Below, one piece after another: positions 1-9,256 of a stretch of DNA of 40,376 bases (position 1 is its first letter; every line of letters starts with the position of its first letter). The notes beneath the pieces are model-generated. The model was not told the DNA's origin. It ran no database searches and was given only the letters and a program-made list of their open reading frames with translations. Source of the stretch: Solirubrobacteraceae bacterium (lineage in GTDB: Bacteria; Actinomycetota; Thermoleophilia; Solirubrobacterales; Solirubrobacteraceae); NCBI GenBank assembly GCA_051986255.1, contig JBPYDM010000146.1:1-40376 (forward strand), written 5' to 3'. A program made the position numbers and the translations under genes.

Positions 1-2
1 GG

Positions 3-410
3 TTACCACACATGAGCCACGACCTCGCCGCCCACGCCGGCGCTGCGGGCGTCATGGCCGGTCATCAGGCCGCGAGAGGTGGAGATGATGGCCGTCCCCA
101 TCCCGCCCTGGATCCGAGGAATGTGACCATGGTCGACGTAAGTCCGCCGGCCGGGGCGCGAGACCCGCTGAAGCCCGGTGATGACCGGCCGGCGTTCGGC
201 CGTGTACTTCAGGGTCACCGTGAGCTCCATGCCGGGCCGGTTTCCGCCGGCCGCGTGAACCTCGTAGTCCTCGACGTAGCCCTGTTCCTTGAGGATGCGA
301 GCCAGCTCCTGCTTGACGTTGGAGGCGGGCAGCGTGACGTCGTGGTGCTGCGCGTTGGCCGCGTTGCGCATCCGCGTGAGGAAATCCGCGATGGGGTCGG
401 TCATGCCCAT
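3..410 (-). CDS. rpsH: 30S ribosomal protein S8
   Basis: MGMTDPIADFLTRMRNA...SRPGRRTY...IISTSRGLMT...GGEV; start taken as ATG 410, 2 nt after the S14 stop (supplied ORF is over-extended). Confidence 0.97.
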   Translation of the reverse strand: MGMTDPIADFLTRMRNAANAQHHDVTLPASNVKQELARILKEQGYVEDYEVHAAGGNRPGMELTVTLKYTAERRPVITGLQRVSRPGRRTYVDHGHIPRIQGGMGTAIISTSRGLMTGHDARSAGVGGEVVAHVW

Positions 411-412
411 GG

Positions 413-598
413 CTACCAGCTCGACTTGGTCATCCCGGGGACGAAACCACCGTGAGCCAGTTCGCGCAGGCAGATGCGGCACAGGCCGAACTTCCGGTAG
501 ACGGCGCGCGCGCGGCCGCACCGGCGGCAGCGGGTATAAGCCCGGGTCTTGTACTTGGGAGTCCGCCTCTGGCGGACGATCTGCGAGGTCTTGGCCAT
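413..598 (-). CDS. rpsN: 30S ribosomal protein S14, short Zn-binding (type Z)
   Basis: 61 aa with CRRC...CRIC zinc motifs; AAGGAG SD upstream. Confidence 0.97.
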   Translation of the reverse strand: MAKTSQIVRQRRTPKYKTRAYTRCRRCGRARAVYRKFGLCRICLRELAHGGFVPGMTKSSW

Positions 599-612
599 GT
601 TCTCCTTAGTTG

Positions 613-1188
613 TTAGGTCTGAGCCGCAGCCGGGGCACGGCCGTCTCGGGCGAACGGCATGCCCAGGGACTGAAGTAGGGCAAATGCCTCCTCGTCGGTG
701 GAGGCGCTGGTGGTGATGGTGACGTCCAGCCCCCGAATCTGGTCGATTTCGTCGTAGTCGACCTCGGGAAAGATGATCTGCTCACGGATCCCCAGCGAGT
801 AGTTCCCGCGGCCGTCAAATGCGCCAGGATTGAGGCCACGGAAGTCCCGTATGCGCGGAATGGCGACCGACATCAGCCGGTCCAGGAACTCGTAACAGCG
901 CTCTCCACGCAGGGTTACGGCCACGCCCACGGGCATGCCCTCGCGCACCTTGAACTGGGCGATCGACTTGCGGGCTCGGCGCACGTTCGGCCGCTGGCCC
1001 GTGATGGTTGAGAGTTGCCCAGTGGCCGCTTCGAGCACGCGGGCGTCCTGCTTGGCGTCGCCCACGCCCATGTTGACGGTCACCTTCTCTACGCGAGGGG
1101 CCTGCATCGGCGTGGAGTAGCCGAAGCGCTCGATCAGCGCAGGCCGAATCTCCTCCAGGTAACGGGTCTTCAGTCGTGCCGTGGCCAT
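613..1188 (-). CDS. rplE: 50S ribosomal protein L5
   Basis: [37 protein letters not shown] motifs; spc order. Confidence 0.98.
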   Translation of the reverse strand: MATARLKTRYLEEIRPALIERFGYSTPMQAPRVEKVTVNMGVGDAKQDARVLEAATGQLSTITGQRPNVRRARKSIAQFKVREGMPVGVAVTLRGERCYEFLDRLMSVAIPRIRDFRGLNPGAFDGRGNYSLGIREQIIFPEVDYDEIDQIRGLDVTITTSASTDEEAFALLQSLGMPFARDGRAPAAAQT

Positions 1189-1197
1189 GGTCTTGCC

Positions 1198-1530
1198 TTA
1201 GTCCAGCCGGGTTCCGCTGCGCCGGGCCACCCGGTAACGCTGACCGTCCTGGACCTCGATCCCCACACGGGTGGGCTTGCCGTCCTTGGGGTCCACGAGC
1301 ATCACATTTGAGATATGGATCGGGCCCTCCTTCTCGATCACGCCACCCACCTGCTCGGCCCGCTGGGCGTCGCGGACCTGCTGGGGCTTCTGGTGACGCT
1401 TGACGATGCCCGCGCCCTCGACGAACAAGCGATCCTTAGTCGGCTCCACGCGCAGCACCTTGCCTCGCTTACCGCGGTCCTTGCCACCGATGACGATTAC
1501 CTCGTCTCCCGTTTTGATCCGCGCTGACAC
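1198..1530 (-). CDS. rplX: 50S ribosomal protein L24
   Basis: KOW motif IKTGDEVIVIGGKDRGKRG, EGPIHISNV; GTG start abuts rplN stop. Confidence 0.97.
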   Translation of the reverse strand: MSARIKTGDEVIVIGGKDRGKRGKVLRVEPTKDRLFVEGAGIVKRHQKPQQVRDAQRAEQVGGVIEKEGPIHISNVMLVDPKDGKPTRVGIEVQDGQRYRVARRSGTRLD

Positions 1531-1899
1531 TTAAAGCACCTCCGGGGCGAGCGAGACGATCTTCATGAAGTTGCGCTCCCGCAGCTCGCGAGCCACCGGG
1601 CCGAAGATGCGCGTCCCGCGGGGGTTGTTCTGAGCATCGATCAGAACGGCTGCGTTCTCGTCGAAGGCGATGTAGGTGCCGTCGTCGCGGCCGTAAGACT
1701 TCTTGGTCCGGACGACCACGGCGGTCACCACCTCGCCCTTCCTAACCGATCCCTGCGGGCTGGCCTGCTTGACCGTGGCCGTGATCACGTCCCCCACGCC
1801 GGCGTAGCGCCGGCGGTGGCCGCCCTTGACCCGGATGACCAAAATCTCCCTGGCTCCGGTGTTGTCGGCCACGCGCAGACGGCTCTCGTTCTGGATCAT
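1531..1899 (-). CDS. rplN: 50S ribosomal protein L14
   Basis: [16 protein letters not shown]...[13 protein letters not shown]...SLAPEVL. Confidence 0.98.
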   Translation of the reverse strand: MIQNESRLRVADNTGAREILVIRVKGGHRRRYAGVGDVITATVKQASPQGSVRKGEVVTAVVVRTKKSYGRDDGTYIAFDENAAVLIDAQNNPRGTRIFGPVARELRERNFMKIVSLAPEVL

Positions 1900-1910
1900 G
1901 CCGGCCTCAC
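1896..1910 (-). CDS. putative 4-aa bridging micro-ORF between rpsQ and rplN
   Basis: GTG AGG CCG GCA TGA; GTG overlaps rpsQ stop (GTGA), TGA overlaps rplN start (ATGA). Confidence 0.3.
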
Positions 1911-2512
1911 CGGGCGCGCTCCAGTACCTCGATCAGGCGCCAGCGCTTGGTCCGGGAGACCGGACGGCACTCCTTGACGATCACGGTGTCGCCGATGTGG
2001 GCGTCGCCCTGCTCGTCGTGGGCGTGCAGCGTGGCGGACGTGCGGACGACCTTCTGGTACTGGGGATGGCGCCGGGTGACGTCGATCCGAACGGTGATCG
2101 TCTTGGCCGCGCGGTCCGAGACCACGATGCCCTGACGAGTCTTCTGCTGCCCGGTGGCCGGGGCCCGCAGCGAGGGCAGCTCCTCGGCGGCGCCGGAGCC
2201 ATCGCGCCGGGCGCGAGCCCGCTCGCGCTCGCGCAGGCGCCTGTCCCTCCGGACGGTGGCCTTACGGCGGCGCTCGGCATCCCGCTGCGCCTGGCGCTCC
2301 TGCGGGGTCAGCGAGGGGCGCGGGCGCGCGGCCTGGGCCTTGCGGCGGCGCCGCTTGGGCTTGCTCCCGGCCGGGGCCTCCTCGTCCGGGGCCTCGGCCG
2401 CCGCATCTTCAGAGAGCGCCTCCTCGGCCACGGTCGCCTCCTCGGCGACCGACTCGCCCGAGACCGCTTCCTCGGTGGTCTCCTCGTCAGGTGTTGGCGT
2501 CTCTTCAGCCAT
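1907..2512 (-). CDS. rpsQ: 30S ribosomal protein S17 with ~120-aa N-terminal acidic then Arg-rich extension
   Basis: C-terminal core [14 protein letters not shown]...HAHDE...[18 protein letters not shown]; ATG overlaps rpmC stop by 8 nt. Confidence 0.95.
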   Translation of the reverse strand: MAEETPTPDEETTEEAVSGESVAEEATVAEEALSEDAAAEAPDEEAPAGSKPKRRRRKAQAARPRPSLTPQERQAQRDAERRRKATVRRDRRLRERERARARRDGSGAAEELPSLRAPATGQQKTRQGIVVSDRAAKTITVRIDVTRRHPQYQKVVRTSATLHAHDEQGDAHIGDTVIVKECRPVSRTKRWRLIEVLERAR

Positions 2513-2705
2513 CGGTCCGTAGTCCTCGCTCGTGGGCCAGGGTCAGCGCCCGGGCCACCTCCTTCTTGGCCTTGTTCAGGCCCGCGGTGTTTTCAAGCTC
2601 GCCGGTGGCGTGCTGAAAGCGAAGGCCGAACAGCTCGCGGCGCACCGTCTGAAGGTGCTCGTGCAGCTCACCATCGCTCATGTCCCGCAGCTCGCCGGGC
2701 CGCAC
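2505..2705 (-). CDS. rpmC: 50S ribosomal protein L29
   Basis: ELRDMS...[16 protein letters not shown]; lies between rplP and rpsQ. Confidence 0.96.
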   Translation of the reverse strand: MRPGELRDMSDGELHEHLQTVRRELFGLRFQHATGELENTAGLNKAKKEVARALTLAHERGLRTDG

Positions 2706-2706
2706 G

Positions 2707-3120
2707 CTATCCCTCCTCCCGGAGGACGAACTTGGTCCGAACGGGCAGCTTGTGGCCGGCCAGGCGCATGGCCTCCCGAGCCAGCGGCTCGGGCACGCCG
2801 GCGAGTTCGAACATCACCCGGCCGGGCTTGACGACCGCCACCCAGCCCTCGGGTGAGCCCTTTCCGGAACCCATTCGCGTCTCCGCCGGCTTCTTGGTGA
2901 ATGGCTTGTCGGGATAAACGTTGATCCACACCTTGCCGCCGCGCTTGATCTTGCGGGTCATGGCGATTCGGGCCGCCTCGATCTGCCGGTTGGACAGCCA
3001 GCCGGCGTCAAGGGACTTCAGCCCGTACTCGCCGAACTGCACCTTGACCTGCCCGCGGGACATCCCGCGACGGCGGCCGCGATGGTGCTTGCGGTACTTG
3101 ACGCGCTTGGGTGAGAGCAT
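2707..3120 (-). CDS. rplP: 50S ribosomal protein L16
   Basis: [15 protein letters not shown]...[12 protein letters not shown]; ATG 3120 overlaps rpsC stop (TGATG). Confidence 0.98.
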   Translation of the reverse strand: MLSPKRVKYRKHHRGRRRGMSRGQVKVQFGEYGLKSLDAGWLSNRQIEAARIAMTRKIKRGGKVWINVYPDKPFTKKPAETRMGSGKGSPEGWVAVVKPGRVMFELAGVPEPLAREAMRLAGHKLPVRTKFVLREEG

Positions 3121-3989
3121 CAGGAGTTGCCTCCAGCGGACGGGGCGGGCCGGGGACGACCGCCCTCCCTGGGCCCGCCACCACCGCGCGGACCGCGTCC
3201 GCCACCACCCGGGCCGCGTCCGCCACGGCCGCCGCCCCTTCCGCCACCCGGGCCGCCGCCGCGCGAGCGGCCGTCGCGACCACCGCGGCCATCGCGGCCC
3301 GGCCGCTCCTGCGCCTGCGGCGGAGGCTCGTCCATGATCGTGAGGTCGGCGCCGGTGTAGCCCTCGGGCATGATCTCGCCCTTGTTGATCCAGCACTTGA
3401 CTCCGATGCGGCCAAACGTGGTGGCGGCCTCGTGGAAGCCATAGTCGATGTCCGCGCGCAGCGTGTGCAGGGGTACGCGACCGTCTGAATAGCCCTCGGT
3501 GCGCGCCATCTCAGCCCCGCCCAGACGCCCTGAGACCTGCACCTTCACGCCCTTGGCCCCCGAACGCATGGCGCTGGTCAGCGCGCGCTTCATGGCGCGG
3601 CGGAAGGCCACCCGGTTCTGGAGCTGCTCGGCGATCGACTGGGCGACCAGGCGGGCATCCAGCTCCGGGCGCTTGATCTCCAGGATGTTGACCTTGACCT
3701 GCTTGGAGGTGATGCGATGCAGATCGCGCCGCAGCTGATCCACCTCGGACCCGGACTTGCCGATCACGATTCCGGGACGGGCGGTGTGGATGTTGACCTC
3801 CACCTCGGTGGCGTTCTTGCGAATCGTGATGTCCGACAGCCCGGCGTGGGCCAGCCGCCCGATGATGTGACGGCGGATCTGCGTGTCCTCGTCGAGGTAG
3901 TCGGAGAACTGGCGCTCGTTGAACCAGTTCGACTTCCAATCATGGATGTATCCGACCCGGATCGATTCTGGATGGACCTTCTGTCCCAT
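3120..3989 (-). CDS. rpsC: 30S ribosomal protein S3 with Gly/Arg-rich C-terminal tail
   Basis: MGQKVHP, KH domain [30 protein letters not shown]; ~70-aa tail with RGG/GPGG repeats. Confidence 0.98.
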   Translation of the reverse strand: MGQKVHPESIRVGYIHDWKSNWFNERQFSDYLDEDTQIRRHIIGRLAHAGLSDITIRKNATEVEVNIHTARPGIVIGKSGSEVDQLRRDLHRITSKQVKVNILEIKRPELDARLVAQSIAEQLQNRVAFRRAMKRALTSAMRSGAKGVKVQVSGRLGGAEMARTEGYSDGRVPLHTLRADIDYGFHEAATTFGRIGVKCWINKGEIMPEGYTGADLTIMDEPPPQAQERPGRDGRGGRDGRSRGGGPGGGRGGGRGGRGPGGGGRGPRGGGGPREGGRPRPAPSAGGNS

Positions 3990-3996
3990 GGCTCGT

Positions 3997-4779
3997 CTAT
4001 TCCTTCGGTGTCAGCAAGATCGTTAGATGACTGGTGCGTTTGCGGATGCGGGTGGCGCGCCCCATGGCGCGTGGCCGGAACCGCTTGATCGTGGGGCCCT
4101 CGTCGGCATGGACCGCCTTGACATACAGGTCCTCGCCCACGAGCTCGTGGTTGTTCTCCGCGTTGGCAACCGCGGACTCGAGCAACTTGCTCCAGTCCCG
4201 GGCGACCGCCCGCGGGGTGTGAGCCAGGATAGCTCGGGCATCGTCGACGGTCTTTCCCCGAATGTGGTCGCACACCAGCCGGGCCTTGCGGGCCGATGAG
4301 CGGACATATTTGGCCTGAGCCCGGACCACCGGCGGGGGCAGAGCCGGGTCGCGCCGGACTCGGCGCCGGCTGGGAGCTGGGCGGGCCGGCGGCTTGGCCT
4401 TGACCTCCTCGGCCTCAGGCTCGGGCTGGCCGCGTCGCCGGCGGCGCGGGCGCTTGGGCGCCGGCGCCTCAGGCGCGTCTTGCGCCACCTCTGCCTCGGG
4501 TTCCGTCTCCTCGGCCTCGGCCACGGTCTCCTCCTGGCTCTCGGAGTCGGAGTCCTCGTCGGTCTCGGCCTCCGCCTCCAGGACGACGTCCTCGGCCGCC
4601 TCCTCGGCCTCCTCATCAGCCCGTGTGGGCTCGACCTCGTCGACGGCCTCCTCGTCAGCGTCCTCGGGCGTGTCCGGCGTAGCGACGGACTCCGGCGTGG
4701 CGGCGGCCTTAGCCGCGCCCGAAGCCTTGCGCCGGCGCCGGCGCCGGGGCTTCTCTTCCTGCGTCTCGTCGTCCGCCAT
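3997..4779 (-). CDS. rplV: 50S ribosomal protein L22 with ~150-aa N-terminal extension
   Basis: Core [14 protein letters not shown]...SAVANAENN...[17 protein letters not shown]...KRTSHLT; ATG 2 nt after rpsS stop. Confidence 0.95.
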   Translation of the reverse strand: MADDETQEEKPRRRRRRKASGAAKAAATPESVATPDTPEDADEEAVDEVEPTRADEEAEEAAEDVVLEAEAETDEDSDSESQEETVAEAEETEPEAEVAQDAPEAPAPKRPRRRRRGQPEPEAEEVKAKPPARPAPSRRRVRRDPALPPPVVRAQAKYVRSSARKARLVCDHIRGKTVDDARAILAHTPRAVARDWSKLLESAVANAENNHELVGEDLYVKAVHADEGPTIKRFRPRAMGRATRIRKRTSHLTILLTPKE

Positions 4780-4781
4780 GC

Positions 4782-5054
4782 CTACCGTCTCCTACCTGTT
4801 CCGGCGTGCCCGCGATACAACCGCGTGGGCGCAAATTCCCCGAGCTTGTGCCCCACCATCGACTCGGAGATGAACACGGGAACGTGCTTGCGTCCGTCGT
4901 GTACGGCGATCGTGTGACCCACCATCTCGGGGAAGATGGTCGAGGTCCGCGACCACGTCCTGAGCATCCGCTTCTCGCCCGAGGCATTCATGGCCTCGAT
5001 CCGAGCCATCAGACGCTCGTCAACGAACGGTCCCTTCTTGCTTGAGCGGCTCAT
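4782..5054 (-). CDS. rpsS: 30S ribosomal protein S19
   Basis: [12 protein letters not shown]...TWSR...[11 protein letters not shown]. Confidence 0.98.
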   Translation of the reverse strand: MSRSSKKGPFVDERLMARIEAMNASGEKRMLRTWSRTSTIFPEMVGHTIAVHDGRKHVPVFISESMVGHKLGEFAPTRLYRGHAGTGRRR

Positions 5055-5890
5055 CGCTTCTTACCCCTTCTCCTGCCGCGCACGATGTACCGGTCCGAGG
5101 GCTTGCGCTTCTTGCGAGTGCGATAGCCCAGCGTGGGCACGCCCCAGGGGGTCACCGGGTGACGGCCGGGCGTGGTCGAGCCCTCGCCGCCGCCGTGGGG
5201 GTGATCCACCGGGTTCATCGCGGTACCGCGAGTCTGCGGTCGCACGCCGATGTGGCGCTTACGCCCGGCCTTGCCGACCTTGACGTTCTGGTGGTCTGAG
5301 TTCCCGATCGTCCCCACGGTGGCCCGGCACTCAGCCCTGACCATCCGCATCTCGCCCGAAGGCAGCCGCAGGGTGACGTAGTCCCCCTCCTTGGCCAGAA
5401 GCTGGACGCCGGCCCCGGCCGCCCGGGCCATCTGACCGCCCCGCCCGGGGATCAGCTCGACGTTGTGCACGACCGTGCCGGGGGGCATGTTGCCCAGGGG
5501 CAGGCTGTTGCCCACCCGGATGTCCGCCGACTCGCCCGATTGCACCGTCATCCCCACCCGCAGCCGCTGCGGCGCCAGGATGTAGCCCTTTTCGCCGTCG
5601 GCGTAGTGCAGAAGCGCAATATGGGCCGAGCGATTGGGGTCGTACTCGATATGGGCCACCTTGGCCGGCACGCCGTCCTTGCGCCGCTTGAAGTCAATAC
5701 GCCGGTACAGCCGCTTGGCACCCCCGCCGCGGTGGCGCGAGGTCTTGCGGCCGTGCACATTGCGCCCGCCGGACTTCTTGAGCCCTTCGGTGAGTGACTT
5801 CTCGGGCTCCGAGCGAGTGATCTCGGCGAAGTCCGGATACATGACGAACCGCCGGCCGGGAGAGGTGGGCTTGGGCTTGCGGATTGGCAT
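5051..5890 (-). CDS. rplB: 50S ribosomal protein L2
   Basis: [29 protein letters not shown]. Confidence 0.99.
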   Translation of the reverse strand: MPIRKPKPTSPGRRFVMYPDFAEITRSEPEKSLTEGLKKSGGRNVHGRKTSRHRGGGAKRLYRRIDFKRRKDGVPAKVAHIEYDPNRSAHIALLHYADGEKGYILAPQRLRVGMTVQSGESADIRVGNSLPLGNMPPGTVVHNVELIPGRGGQMARAAGAGVQLLAKEGDYVTLRLPSGEMRMVRAECRATVGTIGNSDHQNVKVGKAGRKRHIGVRPQTRGTAMNPVDHPHGGGEGSTTPGRHPVTPWGVPTLGYRTRKKRKPSDRYIVRGRRRGKKR

Positions 5891-5970
5891 CAGTGCCTGC
5901 TTCGTCCGTTGTGGGCGATTTGTGCCGCTATGTGAAACAAGTCGCCCAAACCTCCGTGCTGTGCACGCAT
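5890..5970 (-). CDS. putative 26-aa bridging mini-ORF between rplW and rplB
   Basis: [26 protein letters not shown]; TGATG overlap at both ends. Confidence 0.45.
   Translation of the reverse strand: MRAQHGGLGDLFHIAAQIAHNGRSRH
5912..5948. repeat. REP-like inverted repeat in the rplW-rplB spacer
   Basis: tgggcgatttgt / acaagtcgccca, 12-bp arms with one mismatch, 13-nt loop. Confidence 0.7.
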
Positions 5971-6266
5971 CACTCAGTCCCCTCCAGTCCTCGGAAGATC
6001 GGGATCGTCTGGCCAGGTCGTACCTGCACGACGGCCTTCTTCCACTGCCGCGAGCGGCCTGATGTCGGGCCGCGGCGCTTGGGCTTGCTCTTGACCGAGG
6101 CGGTGCGGACGTCGACGACGTTGACGTCGAACAGCTGCTCGATGGCCTGCCGGATCTCGGTCTTGTGGGCGTGGTCGTGCACCCGGAAGGTGTACTTGCC
6201 CGCTTCAGCCAGGGCGAAGGTCTTCTCAGAGATGACCGGGCGGATGATCACCTGGGTGGCCTCCAT
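5970..6266 (-). CDS. rplW: 50S ribosomal protein L23
   Basis: [30 protein letters not shown]; ATG 6266 overlaps rplD stop. Confidence 0.97.
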   Translation of the reverse strand: MEATQVIIRPVISEKTFALAEAGKYTFRVHDHAHKTEIRQAIEQLFDVNVVDVRTASVKSKPKRRGPTSGRSRQWKKAVVQVRPGQTIPIFRGLEGTE

Positions 6267-6940
6267 CAGGCGGCGGCCTCCTCTCGGGTGCGGCCGATCG
6301 CCCGGGCAACGAGCGCGGGCAGCGCCTCCTCCGAGATCAGCAGCGATGCGGCTCCGAGGATGTCGGCCACGCCGGCCTCTCCGACGGGCAGCGCGACCAC
6401 CCGAGCCAGATTGCGAAACGACTTGCCGGCCGCGGCCTCTGCTTCGGTCATCAGCACGAGCGTAGGGGCTTTGCCGCCCCACTCCGCCAGCAGCTCCGCC
6501 GCCTGGCTGGTCGCGGGCTCCTCGAACGCGGCGGCGTCGAACACCGCCACCGAGTTGCGCCGCGCGTGGACCGACAGAGCACCCCGCAGCGCCGCCTGGC
6601 GCTCCTTGCGGTTGACCTTGAACGTGTAGCGCCGGGGAGTGGGACCAAACACCGTGCCGCCTCCCGTCCAGAGCGGTGAGCGCGACGAGCCGGCCCGAGC
6701 CCGGCCAGTGCCCTTCTGGCGCCACGGTTTGGCACCGCCGCCTGCGACTTGGCCGCGCGTCTTGGTAGAAGCCGTCCCGCGGCGGCGGGCGGCCTGCTCA
6801 GAACGGACCGTCTCGTGGATCAGGGCCATGTTGAAACGAGCGCCGAACGCGCCGGCGTCAAGATCGACCGTGCCGCCGCCGAGCTTGGGCGCCTTGAGGC
6901 CGCCCTGGCCCGTCGACCCTGCGCGCCGGGCGCTAGGCAT
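6266..6940 (-). CDS. rplD: 50S ribosomal protein L4
   Basis: GTASTKTRGQVAGGGAKPWRQKGTGRARAGS...GGGTVFGP. Confidence 0.98.
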   Translation of the reverse strand: MPSARRAGSTGQGGLKAPKLGGGTVDLDAGAFGARFNMALIHETVRSEQAARRRGTASTKTRGQVAGGGAKPWRQKGTGRARAGSSRSPLWTGGGTVFGPTPRRYTFKVNRKERQAALRGALSVHARRNSVAVFDAAAFEEPATSQAAELLAEWGGKAPTLVLMTEAEAAAGKSFRNLARVVALPVGEAGVADILGAASLLISEEALPALVARAIGRTREEAAA

Positions 6941-7550
6941 CGGACCTCACCTCCACCGTCCCACCCCGGGCGCCCGGCACGGAGCCGCGGAGAAGCAGCA
7001 GATTCTGCTCCGGTATCACCTCGACCACCTCCAGACCTCGCTGGGTCACCCGGCTTCCGCCCATGCGGCCGGGGCCCCGCAGGCCCTTGAAGACGCGGGA
7101 TGGCGTGGCCGAGGCTCCGATCGAACCGGGAGCACGGATGTTGTGCGAGCCGTGGGATTTGGGGCCGCTCTTGAAATTGTGGCGCTTGATCGTGCCCTGG
7201 AAACCCTTCCCCTTGGACGTGCCCGAGACCTTCACCCGATCGCCGGCCGAGAAAGCCTCGACCGTCACCCGCTGGCCCATGAGCAGCTCACCCACCTCGT
7301 TGCGGAATTCGCGCACCACCCGGTGGGCCGAGGTGTCGGCCTTCTTGAGATGGCCGAGCTCCGCTCGGGTCAGGGCCTTCTCCTGGCAGGGATCGAAGGC
7401 CAGCTGGACGGCCTCGTAGCCATCGCGCTCCACCGTTCGGATCCCGGTCACCGGACAGGGGCCAGCCTCCAGCACCGTGACGCGCTCCACCCGGCCGTCC
7501 TCGGCGAACCGCTGGGTCATACCGAGCTTCTTGGCCAGGATCGCGGTCAT
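6933..7550 (-). CDS. rplC: 50S ribosomal protein L3
   Basis: KKLGMTQ, DGYEAVQL, SKGKGFQGTIKRH, SHGS..RAPGSIG. Confidence 0.98.
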   Translation of the reverse strand: MTAILAKKLGMTQRFAEDGRVERVTVLEAGPCPVTGIRTVERDGYEAVQLAFDPCQEKALTRAELGHLKKADTSAHRVVREFRNEVGELLMGQRVTVEAFSAGDRVKVSGTSKGKGFQGTIKRHNFKSGPKSHGSHNIRAPGSIGASATPSRVFKGLRGPGRMGGSRVTQRGLEVVEVIPEQNLLLLRGSVPGARGGTVEVRSDA

Positions 7551-7559
7551 CTTCCATCC

Positions 7560-7886
7560 TTAGGACGCGAGGCGGACCTCGATGTCCACACCCGCGGGGA
7601 GATGGTCCAGACGCTGGAGCGAATCGACCGTCTTCGGAGTTGGCTGATGGATGTCGATCAGCCGCTTGTGGGTGCGGATCTCGAAGTGCTCGCGTGAGTC
7701 CTTGTCCTTGAAGGGCGAGCGGATCACGCAGTAGACGTTCTTCTCGGTGGGCAGGGGCACTGGGCCCGAGACCGTGGCGCCGGTGCGGGTGGCCGTATCT
7801 ACGATCTCCTTGGCCGCGGTTTCGATGGCCGTGTGGTCGTAGGACTTGAGCCTTATCCGGATTTTGTTCTGCGCAATTGTTGCCAT
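7560..7886 (-). CDS. rpsJ: 30S ribosomal protein S10
   Basis: [35 protein letters not shown]. Confidence 0.98.
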   Translation of the reverse strand: MATIAQNKIRIRLKSYDHTAIETAAKEIVDTATRTGATVSGPVPLPTEKNVYCVIRSPFKDKDSREHFEIRTHKRLIDIHQPTPKTVDSLQRLDHLPAGVDIEVRLAS

Positions 7887-7940
7887 AGCAGCGAGGCGGG
7901 CCCCGGGCTCGGGGCCCGCTGCAAAGGGTCGTATCTCGAC

Positions 7941-7975
7941 AAAAAGGCGGCGCGGCCGCGAGGGCAGCGCCGTCC
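7941..7975 (-). terminator. probable intrinsic terminator after tuf
   Basis: Minus strand: imperfect GC-rich stem gacggcgctgcc/ggccgcgccgcc followed by TTTTT, a few nt after the tuf stop. Confidence 0.65.
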
Positions 7976-7980
7976 GATAA

Positions 7981-9168
7981 CTACTGGATGACCTCGGTCA
8001 CGATCCCGGAGCCAACCGTGCGGCCACCCTCGCGGATCGCGAACCGCAGTCCCTGGTCCATGGCGATCGGCTGGATCAGCTCGATCTCCATCTGGACGTT
8101 GTCCCCAGGCATGACCATCTCCGTACCTTCCGGCAGGTGGGCCACACCAGTGACGTCGGTGGTGCGGAAGTAGAACTGAGGCCGGTAGCCCGAGAAGAAC
8201 GGCGTGTGGCGGCCGCCTTCCTCCTTCTTGAGCACGTAGACCTCGGACTTGAACTTGGTGTGCGGCGTGATCGACTTGGGCTTGGCCAGCACCTGACCGC
8301 GCTCGATCTCCTCCCTTTTGATCCCGCGCAGCAGGCAGCCGACGTTGTCGCCAGCCCGCCCCTCGTCGAGGATCTTGCGGAACATCTCGACCCCGGTGAC
8401 GACGGTGGACGAGGTGGCTTTGATGCCCACGATCTCGACGGTCTCGCTCGTCTTGATGATGCCCTGCTCGATTCGGCCGGTGGCCACGGTCCCGCGGCCG
8501 GTGATCGAGAAGACGTCCTCGACCGGCATCAGGAAGGGCTTGTCCAGGTCACGGACAGGCTCGGGGATATACGTGTCGAGCGTCTCAGCCAGCTCGAGGA
8601 TCTTGGACTCCTGCTCCTCGTCGCCCTCGAGAGCCTTCAGGGCCGAACCGGTCACGACGGGGATGTCATCGCCCGGGAACTCGTACTCGGAGAGAAGGTC
8701 ACGGACCTCGACCTCGACGAGCTCGAGGAGCTCAGGGTCGTCCACCATGTCGACCTTGTTGAGGAAGACGACGATGTAGGGGACGCCCACCTGGCGAGCC
8801 AGCAGGATGTGCTCCCGGGTCTGGGGCATCGGCCCATCGGCGGCCGAGACGACCAGGATCGCTCCGTCCATCTGGGCCGCGCCAGTGATCATGTTCTTCA
8901 CATAGTCGGCGTGACCGGGGCAGTCCACGTGGGCGTAGTGCCGATTCGGCGTCTGGTATTCCACGTGTGACGTGGCGATGGTGATCCCGCGCGCCTTCTC
9001 TTCAGGAGCATTGTCGATCGACTCGAAAGACCGCACCTCGGTGCCGCCGTATTTCTCGTTGAGCACCTTCGTGATAGCTGCCGTCAGCGTGGTCTTGCCA
9101 TGGTCGATGTGACCGATGGTTCCGACGTTGACGTGGGGCTTGTCGCGCTCGAACTTGGCCTTAGCCAC
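7981..9168 (-). CDS. tuf: elongation factor Tu
   Basis: [31 protein letters not shown]; GTG start with AAGGAG SD. Confidence 0.99.
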   Translation of the reverse strand: MAKAKFERDKPHVNVGTIGHIDHGKTTLTAAITKVLNEKYGGTEVRSFESIDNAPEEKARGITIATSHVEYQTPNRHYAHVDCPGHADYVKNMITGAAQMDGAILVVSAADGPMPQTREHILLARQVGVPYIVVFLNKVDMVDDPELLELVEVEVRDLLSEYEFPGDDIPVVTGSALKALEGDEEQESKILELAETLDTYIPEPVRDLDKPFLMPVEDVFSITGRGTVATGRIEQGIIKTSETVEIVGIKATSSTVVTGVEMFRKILDEGRAGDNVGCLLRGIKREEIERGQVLAKPKSITPHTKFKSEVYVLKKEEGGRHTPFFSGYRPQFYFRTTDVTGVAHLPEGTEMVMPGDNVQMEIELIQPIAMDQGLRFAIREGGRTVGSGIVTEVIQ

Positions 9169-9256
9169 TTTGGTGTTGCTCCTTCTTCTGTGGGTGTCGC
9201 TCGCCTGAAGGCGAACCTAGAGAATCTATCGGACTTGTAGTGGGACGGTCTGTCAT
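9161..9256 (-). CDS. putative 31-aa bridging mini-ORF between fusA and tuf
   Basis: [31 protein letters not shown]; ATG overlaps fusA stop (ATGA), TAA makes an 8-nt overlap with tuf GTG (GTGGCTAA). Confidence 0.4.
   Translation of the reverse strand: MTDRPTTSPIDSLGSPSGERHPQKKEQHQSG

Noticed and set aside
7288-7557. ATG shortly after the rpsJ stop as another bridge ORF
   Set aside because: It does not stop at the rplC start but runs 89 codons out of frame; rplC has an SD-like AAGGA
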